NCBI RefSeq assembly: GCF_000143415.4
Contig: NW_003314261.1
Coordinates: 5,730,360 to 5,794,359, forward strand
Origin: Selaginella moellendorffii
Taxonomy: Eukaryota; Plantae; Lycopodiophyta
Direction: 5' to 3'
Length of the DNA: 64,000 bases
Shown here piece after piece: positions 51,215 through 61,822 of this stretch. A program made the position numbers and the translations under genes. Each line of letters begins with the position of its first letter. Positions within the stretch are counted from its first letter, which is position 1. Below the pieces are notes generated by a model. The model saw nothing but the letters and a program-made list of their open reading frames with translations. It ran no database searches and was not told the DNA's origin.

Positions 51215-51968
51215 GTGTCCGAGATGGACTCGACTTGGAGTCCGAAGTGGAGTCCGAGATGGACTCGAGTTGGAGTCCGAAGTGGAGTCCGAGATGGACC
51301 CGAGTTGGAGTTCGAAGTGGAGTCCAAGATGGACCCGAGATGGAGTCCGAGATGGAGTCCGAAGTGGAGTCTGAGGTGGACCCGAGATGGACCCGAGTTG
51401 GAGTCCGAAGTGGAGTCCGAGATGGAGTCCGAGATGGAGTCCGAGATGGAGTCCGAGTTGGAGTCCGAGGTGGACCCAAGATGGACCCGAGTTGGAGTCC
51501 GAAGTGGAGTCCGAGATGGACCCGAGATGGAGTCCGAGATGGAGTCCGAGTTGGAGTCCGAGGTGGACCCGAGATGGACCCGAGTTGGAGTCCGAAGTGG
51601 AGTCCGAGATGGACCCGAGATGGAGTCCGAGATGGAGTCCGAGATGGAGTCCGAGGTGGACCCGAGATGGACCCGAAATGGAGTCCGAGATGGAGTCCGA
51701 GATGGACCCGAGATGGAGTCCGAGATGGAGTCTGAGATGGACCCGAGATGGACCCGAGATGGACCCGAGATGGAGTCCAAGATGGAGTCCGAGATGGAGT
51801 CCGAGATGGAGTCCGAAGTCGAGACCGAGACCGGGACCGAGACCGGGACCGAGACCGAGACCGAGACCGAGATCGGGACCGAGACCGAGACCGAGCCCGA
51901 GCCCGAGTCCGAGTCTGAATCCGAGTCCGAGTCCGAGTCCGAGTCCGAGTCCGAGTCCGAGTCCGGAG
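51215..51968. repeat. Satellite-like array in the 5' LTR (GAGTCCGAGATG / GACCCGAGATG units, then GAGACC/GAGTCC hexamers)
   Basis: Direct inspection. Confidence 0.95.
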
Positions 51969-54900
51969 CTTGAGAGGGTGAAAGCCCAAAGCGTTCGTCT
52001 CCCAGACCCTGGGGGGTTTGGTGAGCCCCAAAAGTATAGTAAGGGGGAGGACTGCAGTGGAGCCAGTTTGGCCAGGAAAGGCCAGTTTGGCCAGGAAAGG
52101 CCAGTTTGGCCCAGGAAGGCCAGACCCAGTGTTGGGTGATGAGCTGCCCACTGGGAAGTCCAAGACTAGAGTGAACACAGACCGACAAGCGGGGTAGCTT
52201 GGTGAAGTGTTCAAGAGCCGGCTCTAGTTCCCCCGGGAGATCGACTGGCCGATGCTCCCAGTCCAAGTGTGGGTGGCACTACCTACTTGGATACCTGGTG
52301 TGGCTCAACGGAACCCGCTCTAAGCCCATGGCTAGAGCACCCAAGGGCAGAAGGCGAGGAGAGTACCCAGGTGGCTCGCGTAAGGCCACGGTGTTCCGAA
52401 ATGTTGCCCCAAAGGCCCAGACTGTGGAAAGGAAGAGGAGCAGTCTTCTGGGGTAGTGACCAAGGACACAGTCGTGTGGTGAGGAAGTCCCAGAGGACCG
52501 TGGGACTTAGTGGTCAGGCCTGTGGGTCTTGATCCAGTGGCAGTATTGGCAAACACGGCCAGGGGCAGAAAGGGACTTAGTGGAGACTGACAGAGGGATA
52601 TTGGGGAAGGCTATTCCCCTTGTCGGTGGGCATCCTAAGGATGCTAAGGAGTGGATTTGAGATGACCACTCACGGATGGTTTGCCTAGTCTTGGAGGGCC
52701 AAGACGGTGATGCAAGTGGTGTTGGACCACCAGTGTGACCAAGGTAAATGGGCATGGCCTTAGCGTAACAGGCCGGTACGTCGGTGATACCTTGGGGTGT
52801 CGATCATGGGATCGGACACGTGGAGCACTTGGACCAAGTGCTAAGGTTGAGTGGCATGGATGCCATTCTCGGGGTTAGCAAGCCCCAAGTCCTGAGTTGG
52901 ACTTATGGAAGTTGTCAATGAGACTCCTCCAAGTGGTCAGCCGTGTGGTTAAGTGACTAAAGTAAAATGGAAAAATTAGTCGCTTACAATTTGGTATCGG
53001 AGCTGTTCCTTAGTCCGACTTTTATTGGTGCTCAAGTATATCACCACTAGTGTTGGCATCGGAAGGTCCAAGGAGTGGGCCTATCCTTGAGGAGTAGCAA
53101 GTCGGGAAGACATGGCTCTCCATTACAGTTCATGTGTGAACTTGTAGACGAGGTGGTGGATAGAAAAGGGCCAATAATGGAACGACTTTGGGATCTTGGG
53201 AACAGTGCAAGGTTTTCCTCATTGAGTTGAGGATGTGATCCGGATGAGCATTTGTCTCAGCAAATTGGCTTAGGTTGTTGTGGTAAACAACTAAAGTTGG
53301 GATCACGGGAAAGATAGAGACTCCAAAACAATAAAGGAGTCACAAGATTATCCTCATATGGTTGAGGTTGGTGCTCATGAATGTGAGACCAAAGGTAATG
53401 ACCGTGGAAGGTCAAATACGGAAGAGGACTCAAGTCCTTGAAATGGTAGCCGGGGCTACCTTTAATAAATGCTGGAACAACCCAAGGAGTTGGGGGTGTA
53501 TTAAGTGGATGAGTTGGTATTCTCATCACATGGACAAGTAGTCCTAAAGGGCAAAGGTTGCCCCCAGAGAACAAAATCAAGTGTCGGAGTAACGCTTGTG
53601 AAAATAGTCCTTTTGAGTAGGACCGGAATGCAAGATGTGTATTCCAGTGAGCTAGTGCCCCACAAGTAGGACCTTACGGGTCGGTGGATTAACCAAGTCC
53701 AAAACTGCTAGACGACTCAAGTAGAGTCAAGGGAAGGTCCTAAAAAGGACTGAATGAAGCATTTGGACTGAGGTGCGTTGTACCCCACAAAGGATGGGGG
53801 GGGATCATAGGATCCAAGGATGAGAACAGAGAGTATCTCATCGATGGCAAAATGTGCCATGCTAAAGTTATGGGAAAGGTGTTCCCAGAAGAAAACAACT
53901 TTGACATAAAGTTGTGTGTGACCTCTATGGGGCAGTGCTAATGGTTGGCATGAGAAAGAGCGGTGTTGGTCTTGGCAAAGACTTAGACACGAAGGGGAAA
54001 TGTCATAGAGGTAGGCTCGTGGAGCCGATGGTGTGGAGACACCAAATGTGCCAAGGTGTGGTACCTTGAGGCTATGTTGGTGGGTTCATGAGAACCCCTT
54101 GCCAAAGGAATCCCAATGGAAATGGGAATGGCATAGCCTAAGCTGCAGAGCATGCAGTTGGAGTGTGGTGACCCAGATAGTGATGGAGGTGTGAAAGCAC
54201 CAAACAATGAGTTGTAGGACTTGACAACTATGAGGCAACTAAGCAAGAGGTGCAAAATAACTGGTTAAACGGGTAGAAGGTAGCTACCCAAGACTTCTAG
54301 TATAGGGAAGTCGGATATACCCTTACGGGGGATAAGTTGCTTATGTTGCGATATAGTAAGTCAATGTCATAAAAGGAAATACTCATTGTCAAGAAAGCCA
54401 TCATTGGGACACCCGAACACTCTAGAACACCAGAAGGTGGTGTTTGATGTCGCGAGGGCAATGGATAAAGCCCAAGGGACTAAGTCCCTAGCGAATGATG
54501 GATAGAAGGTGCTATCCAAATGTCCAAGGTTGCGGAGACAGGAGAGGACTGTCTACCCAAATTGGACAAAGCCAAAAATGGAATTTTGGCAAGGCTAGTG
54601 ATGGGCATGTAAAGGCCCGTAAGCAACAATGTAATCCCAGTGTGTGGGATTATAAGGTGAGCATACCCGGATTGAGGAACCACTCCCTAGGCTATTGGGT
54701 AGGTTCATCCCTAAGAATACTTGCTAAAGCGTGATAGAAAGTGCAAAGCTATCCTCCTGGTCTGGAGGAGAATGACCAAAGGAAAGGTGTGAAGCCAAAA
54801 AGCAAGAAGTAAGGGGATAGAACCGAACCATAAGAATCAAAGGGCATAACCAAGGTTGATTATGCCAGCTGGGAGTGGAGAATCAAGTGGGGGCTCAAGG

Positions 54901-57263
54901 GTGTTGCCACTAGCAACCGTGATGCCATGGAGAGTCTAAAATATGGAATTGTCCATGTTAGACTATGTGGCATTTGGAAGGCTTGCAAAAAAGGAGGCCT
55001 TAGCAAGCTGAGGGACAGAGTTCCTTCAAGGTTCCCAAAGACGATTCTAGGTAGCTTAGTACCTAGAAAGGCCAAGTGTAAATGGTTCATGGAACGCGCG
55101 AAATCAGAGTAGCGCAGCAGAAGCGTGGTCTTGAAGCTTGCCATGAGGCAAGGCTATCAAGGTTAGGGAAGTAGTTCCCGAGTGTTCAAAGAGAGGGCTT
55201 TGAACGAAAGTCGATGGTCAAGGACTTTCACGCTTATGCAGGAACCATGTTACAATGGTCGGAGGACTTGCCAAGTGAGATTGGCACGTCGGGGGAACAA
55301 ATACCATAGTTGAAGGTGATATCTTCAAAAAGGGTGGGCCAGGGGGCCGAGCATGGAGGAGTCCATGCATGATCACAGACATGTCAAGTGAGAGGACTTG
55401 GCAGTGTGGAGGAACTAGGTTCCTAAGCTGTGATCTGTAGCGCGCTTTAAAAATAGGTTGGTGCACCGGCGTGGGGAGTCACGCCAGGCATCTAGTGTGA
55501 TGCCGTCCGTAGATGCATATACGGAGGTTGGGTTCGAGTCCCGACCCTCTAGTGCTTGGGTTCGAGTCCCAAATCACTAGGGCGTGGTGATGGTTTGGAA
55601 TATGAGGACACTCATATTTCGGTGGTCATGGACTCTCAGTGGGGAGACTGGTTTGGGCACACCGCCAAGCGAGGGATGCCTCGGAGTCGTGATGCACGGT
55701 TAGATTGCCTAGTGTGAAAGCTCGGCATATCTAACTTGAACGCTTTGGTGCAAGTGGCACCAAGGTCGTGGTGAGTGAGATGGGGACACCTAATCTCAGT
55801 TGCTATGAACCCTTAGCCGTAAGGGCTAGCTTGGGTGCACCGCCAAGTGTGGGGGATGCCCCCGGGGTTATAGTCAACAACTTGGAGGTCTAGAAAACCA
55901 AGTACCTCTTGGCAAATCTGTTAAGGTGCCAAGGTGAGATCACTAGGTGATCTTATGGCTAGATAAGGACAAGGTCCTTGGTTGGCTAAGGAATGAAGTT
56001 CCTGGTTCAAAATGTTGAAATTGAACTGTTTAAGGTAGTGTGGCTTGGTCGTGATAACCAAGTGGGAAGAGCACCTAAGGGAAATAAACTATGTCCGTGC
56101 GATGGCATAGTGAGTCCGAGGAAAGTAGTCTCTATAAAAGACCCATGGGAGGGTCACGAAATTGGGCCGTGAATAGAGCCCATAGCAGAAGATGCTAAAG
56201 AGACGTACTAGGGGTGAACATCCTCCGGACTTGGCAAAGAAGAGTCTTTGCTATGGAACCGAAACAATATCTCAAGGAGGGAGGTAGAGATTCGATGTTG
56301 CTTGGTGCAACAATCAACGGATAGGAGCAAAAGATGAGTGGCCAAGATAGGGCCGTGGAATCCCTTGGAAGGAATCCAAGTGACAAAGTTAGGCGAGGAA
56401 CACTAATGTGTTGGACGCTAACAAGTTGCGGGAAAGGAAGTGTGTTTCCAAGGAGGGATTCCGAAATGCTCCGATTTGGCGAAAGTGGAAGCTCCAAGGG
56501 AGGGAGCGGTAAGGTAGCCAAATGATAGGGCCATGAACAGCCCTAGCACAAAGTATGATAACTGGAACTTTGGCACGAAATAGAAGAGAGGATGATGGTG
56601 CCCTCGAGTAGAGAACTTCCTAGGATGGGAAGTGGAGTTGCACAAAAGGTGCAAGGCAAGGTGTCGGAGACACCTAAGATATTGACTCCAAGAAGTCAAA
56701 ATTCAAAGTTCCAAAGTGCAAAGGTTATATCGATGGAAATTAAGACTACTCGAGAAGGAGTAGTGGGATTGACTGAGAGAAGGGTCTCTAAGAGGTTTAG
56801 CGAGAACTAAACCAATAAAAGGAGAGAACCATTACATGTGGTCCAATCAGTCTCTAAGTTGGAGAGACTACGCTCCTTAAAGGATGGACAAGGCATGGTG
56901 AGCCTTTGATGTCAAACCATAGACAAAGATTGGCTAGGTGCCAAGGATGGAAATGGTAACACGTGTGGGTGTCACTTTAGAAAAGGGTTTACCGTTCGAT
57001 GAGGACATCGAACTTCGTCTATGGGTGGTGAAGTTGTGAGACACAAAATCCCTAGGCCCCAAAGTGGAGCTGGATGGGCGCCACATGGTAGTGGCCGAAG
57101 CGAGAGCCAAACGAGCGTAACACGTTTGGACCAAAAGCTCCGACTTGAAAAGTCAAGAGCGGGAGTGGAACTCCCAACGAAGTGCTCGAGGAACGAGCAC
57201 GAAGCGAGCAAAAGGCGAGGCTCCAAAAAGGGACCCAAAAGGACCAACACATGACACGTGGGA

Positions 57264-58005
57264 GTGTCCGAGATGGACTCGACTTGGAGTCCGAAGTGGA
57301 GTCCGAGATGGACTCGAGTTGGAGTCCGAAGTGGAGTCCGAGATGGACCCGAGTTGGAGTCCGAAGTGGAGTCCAAGATGGACCCGAGATGGAGTCCGAG
57401 ATGGAGTCCGAAGTGGAGTCTGAGGTGGACCCGAGATGGACCCGAGTTGGAGTCCGAAGTGGAGTCCGAGATGGAGTCCGAGATGGAGTCCGAGATGGAG
57501 TCCGAGTTGGAGTCCGAGGTGGACCCAAGATGGACCCGAGTTGGAGTCCGAAGTGGAGTCCGAGATGGACCCGAGATGGAGTCCGAGATGGAGTCCGAGT
57601 TGGAGTCCGAGGTGGACCCGAGATGGACCCGAGTTGGAGTCCGAAGTGGAGTCCGAGATGGACCCGAGATGGAGTCCGAGATGGAGTCCGAGATGGAGTC
57701 CGAGGTGGACCCGAGATGGACCCGAAATGGAGTCCGAGATGGAGTCCGAGATGGACCCGAGATGGAGTCCGAGATGGAGTCCGAGATGGACCCGAGATGG
57801 ACCCGAGATGGACCCGAGATGGAGTCCAAGATGGAGTCCGAGATGGAGTCCGAGATGGAGTCCGAAGTCGAGACCGAGACCGGGACCGAGACCGGGACCG
57901 AGACCGAGACCGAGACCGAGATCGGGACCGAGACCGAGACCGAGCCCGAGCCCGAGTCCGAGTCTGAATCCGAGTCCGAGTCCGAGTCCGAGTCCGAGTC
58001 CGGAG
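57264..58005. repeat. Same array in the 3' LTR
   Basis: Direct inspection; two hexamers fewer than in the 5' LTR. Confidence 0.95.
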
Positions 58006-59006
58006 CTTGAGAGGGTGAAAGCCCAAAGCGTTCGTCTCCCAGACCCTGGGGGGTTTGGTGAGCCCCAAAAGTATAGTAAGGGGGAGGACTGCAGTGGAGC
58101 CAGTTTGGCCAGGAAAGGCCAGTTTGGCCCAGGAAGGCCAGACCCAATGTTGGGTGATGAGCTGCCCACTGGGAAGTCCAAGACTAGAGTGAACACAGAC
58201 CGACAAGCGGGGTAGCTTGGTGAAGTGTTCAAGAGCCGGCTCTAGTTCCCCCGGGAGATCGACTGGCCGATGCTCCCAGTCCAAGTGTGGGTGGCACTAC
58301 CTACTTGGATACCTGGTGTGGCTCAACGGAACCCGCTCTAAGCCCATGGCTAGAGCACCCAAGGGCAGAAGGCGAGGAGAGTACCCAGGTGGCTCGCGTA
58401 AGGCCACGGTGTTCCGAAATGTTGCCCCAAAGGCCCAGACTGTGGAAAGGAAGAGGAGCAGTCTTCTGGGGTAATGACCAAGGACACAGTCGTGTGGTGA
58501 GGAAGTCCCAGAGGACCGTGGGACTTAGTGGTCAGGCCTGTGGGTCTTGATCCAGTGGCAGTATTGGCAAACACGGCCAGGGGCAGAAAGGGACTTAGTG
58601 GAGACTGACAGAGGGATATTGGGGAAGGCTATTCCCCTTGTCGGTGGGCATCCTAAGGATGCTAAGGAGTGGATTTGAGATGACCACTCACGGATGGTTT
58701 GCCTAGTCTTGGAGGGCCAAGACGGTGATGCAAGTGGTGTTGGACCACCAGTGTGAGCAAGGTAAATGGGCATGGCCTTAGCGTAACAGGCCGGTACGTC
58801 GGTGATACCTTGGGGTGTCGATCATGGGATCGGACATGTGGAGCACTTGGACCAAGTGCTAAGGTTGAGTGGCATGGATGCCATTCTCGGGGTTAGCAAG
58901 CCCCAAGTCCTGAGTTGGACTTATGGAAGTTGTCAATGAGACTCCTCCAAGTGGTCAGCCGTGTGGTTAAGTGACTAAAGTAAAATGGAAAAATTAGTCG
59001 CTTACA

Positions 59007-60914
59007 CAAAGCCCATCGAGCCGTACGACCAACTAGGTTCTTCCGCTTCAATAATGAAGTAACAGCAGCATGGTCACCTTCAAGTAACGTCCGAGAACCA
59101 TGTAGATAGGCATGAAGTTTCTCGAAACCCCAGACTGCTGCTAAACACTCCTTCTCCGTCGTGGAGTAGTTCATCTCCGCTGGTTGTAATGTACGGCTTA
59201 TGTATGCAATGGGATGGCGCTGACCAGGCACACTCGAGCTCTCTTGCATCAACACACCTCCAAGACCAATGTCAGAAGCATCCACGCGCAAAATAAAAGG
59301 TCGAGTGTAGTCAGGATATGCCAAAACCGGAGGAGTCGTCAGTAGCTCTTTGAGATTCACGAACGCCCGCTCACAATCGGGAGACCAGATGAAAGATGAC
59401 GTTGATGACTTCAGCAACGCTCGCAATGGTAAAGTGCGATCGGAAAGATGATCCACAAAACGACCGAGATACTGCACCTTACCCAAAAAGCGCTACGCAT
59501 CATTCACACACTTCGGAGTAGGGAACTTTAGAACAGCCACAAGTTTGTCAGGATCAACTTGCAAACCCTCACGAGAAATACGGTACCCAAGATAAGTTGT
59601 GTCCTTGGACCCAAACACGCACTTCGACCGCTTCAGCTTTAAACCAACGTCGCGTAGCTGATCCAACACTTTACAAACATCACGAACATGCTCCTCCCAC
59701 GTCCCCTCCGAGTGGATCAAGACATCATCAATGAAGTCAGCCTTCACCTCTGGCATATCGCAAAGAACCTCGTCCATCATTCGCTGAAAAGTTGCTGGAG
59801 CATTGTTCAAACCAAACGGCATCACCAAAAACTCGTACAAACCAAATGGTGTACGAAAAGCAGTCTTAGGAATATCATCTTCAGCCATCGGTACTTGCCA
59901 ATACCCAGAAGCAAGATCTAGCTTGGTGAACCAACGACTTCGCCCCAGACGATCCAAGAGATCAGCAGTGTGAGGAAGAGGGTACACGTCCGGGATCGTC
60001 ACTTCATTTAACGGACGATAGTCGATGCAGAAACGAATACTCCCATCAGGCTTCGTCACAAGATGAGGTTCACATGCCCAAGGACTCCGCGACTTCCGAA
60101 TAACACCCTTCTCCAACATCTCCTTGACGTTTGCACGTAAAATCTTGATCTCCTTGGGTGACCGATGACGAACAAGAACCTTGATTGGACGAGCATCCCC
60201 GGTTGGAATGGGATGACGTGTGGCAATCTTGGCCCCAGACGATAGGTCAAATTCAAAGAGATCAGAATACTCCTTCATGAGCTGATCAACAGCTGCAACA
60301 GAAAGATCATCGGAGGGATCGGAAAAAGGAAGAGCAGAACAAGATGGAAACACAAGAGGAAATAATGGGGGAACAAAAGTAATGGAAGTAGAGGTAGAAG
60401 TAGAGGGACGAAGAGGTACAGAAGTGAGAGGAATGGATGAAACATAAGGAAGTATGAGACAAGGGGGAAAAGCCTCAAAGTCACACTTGGCATGATTGTG
60501 CTGCAACCAATCCATACTAAGAATGAGGTCAAAAGCTTGACTCGGCACCACCCGCAACGACTGCAACTCAAGCTCGAGATCGCCCACACGCACAACCAGG
60601 TCCGCCTCATCTCGTGCACATGCATATGTACGGCCGTTGCCATAAAGAATGAAAACTGGATCCGCCGCACGACGCAAGTATAGACGACAACGTGTGGCAA
60701 CAGGTCGAGCAATAGAAGATAAACTCGAACCTGTATCAACCAACACGGAGAGAAGAATAGGAGACCTCTTGTTATAAAAACGAGCTTGGAAAGTAAACAC
60801 TGGATGAACCGGTGCCGAGTGAACCCCTTGATGATACTCCCGAAAGAAAGATGGAGGGGTCACTAACTTATTCGCGCAAGGTCCCTCCATTACTCGCGCG
60901 ACTCCTCGTTTCCC
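59007..60914 (-). pseudogene. pol: 5' part of pol of copy B (PR-RT-RH), stop at 59493
   Basis: Near-identical to copy A pol; continues at 50985 down to 49400 (integrase, stop at 49922). Confidence 0.9.
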
Positions 60915-61822
60915 GAATGCACCTCGGTATCCAAACCTTCCACCGCAGCAGCACCAACGGGACGTTGCTGACGCCAAGGTCTCCACCCAGGAAATGGAGG
61001 TCGCCAATCTGGAAAGCGCCAACAACGCCGATAAGTATGACCAACTTCATCACACGCCCAGCAACGAATGTCACGGCCATGACCACGTCCTCGCCCTTGT
61101 CCTTGGACTCGAGTAGCAGCAGCATCAACCTCCATGGGAACAGGACCATCACTCATAGGAAGTGGAGCTGAAGGACGTGTAGCAAGAAGTGGAAGAGGCG
61201 ACGTCTCATAACGTTGTGCCAAGCGAAGAGCATCGTCAAGAGTGGCAGGAGCAAGTGCATGCACAAGTCCGACAAGATCTTGACGAAGTGCTGGCCACAG
61301 CATTCCTAGCTTGATCCGCTCCGACATATTTGGCTCCGCACGAAGCAAAAGACTTCGGAAACGAACGCCAAATTGCATCACCGACTCAGATGGCCCTTGG
61401 CGAAGACGATGCAATTGTTGGAAGGCATCATCACAATCGTCGGCGTGTCCGAAGGCGCGTTTGAAGACGTCCGGAAGAACACTCCAATCGCCACGAGTAG
61501 CTGCGCTCAATCCATTGTACCACTGCAATGCCGTCCCTTGAAGACATGTGGGGAACTCACGCAAACGCCGAGCATCATCCCAAGAATGATATGTGGCAAT
61601 CACCGTGAAGTGATCGAACCAATGGTACACATCATCCCCAGGATTCCCACGAAAGAACTCCGGCCGAACGCGAGGATTGGCACCAAAAGCAGGAGGAGTT
61701 GTACCATGTGCCGTGAACGCCGCCATCAACTGAGTTTGGTTGTTCAATTGCAGGCGCATAGCATCAAGCAATTGAACCAACTGCTGGTCTAGAGTCAAAG
61801 GAGGAGATTGCGGATCGGCCAT
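60890..61822 (-). CDS. gag: Intact gag of copy B (310 aa, one CCHC knuckle)
   Basis: Open ORF MADPQSPPL...PEFFRG...LRQGPSESVMQF...CWACDEVGHTYRRC...HSGNEESRE*. Confidence 0.92.
   Translation of the reverse strand: MADPQSPPLTLDQQLVQLLDAMRLQLNNQTQLMAAFTAHGTTPPAFGANPRVRPEFFRGNPGDDVYHWFDHFTVIATYHSWDDARRLREFPTCLQGTALQWYNGLSAATRGDWSVLPDVFKRAFGHADDCDDAFQQLHRLRQGPSESVMQFGVRFRSLLLRAEPNMSERIKLGMLWPALRQDLVGLVHALAPATLDDALRLAQRYETSPLPLLATRPSAPLPMSDGPVPMEVDAAATRVQGQGRGRGHGRDIRCWACDEVGHTYRRCWRFPDWRPPFPGWRPWRQQRPVGAAAVEGLDTEVHSGNEESRE

Larger units (their letters stand above)
50986..59006 (+). mobile_element. Nested non-autonomous LTR element (LARD-like), 8021 bp
   Basis: LTRs at 50986-52988 (2003 bp) and 57035-59006 (1972 bp), TG...CA ends, CAAAG 5-bp TSD, tRNA-iMet-type PBS TGGTATCGGAGC at 52992-53003, and a 4-kb interior without long ORFs. 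Confidence 0.93.

Noticed and set aside
51215-51968. Possible CRISPR-like array
   Set aside because: Contiguous tandem units without unique spacers, eukaryotic context, and no cas genes.
50980-52266. Long ORFs in several frames across the LTR arrays (also 56972-58284)
   Set aside because: They arise because the repeat units lack stop codons. The products are pure low-complexity and lie in LTRs, with no evidence of coding.
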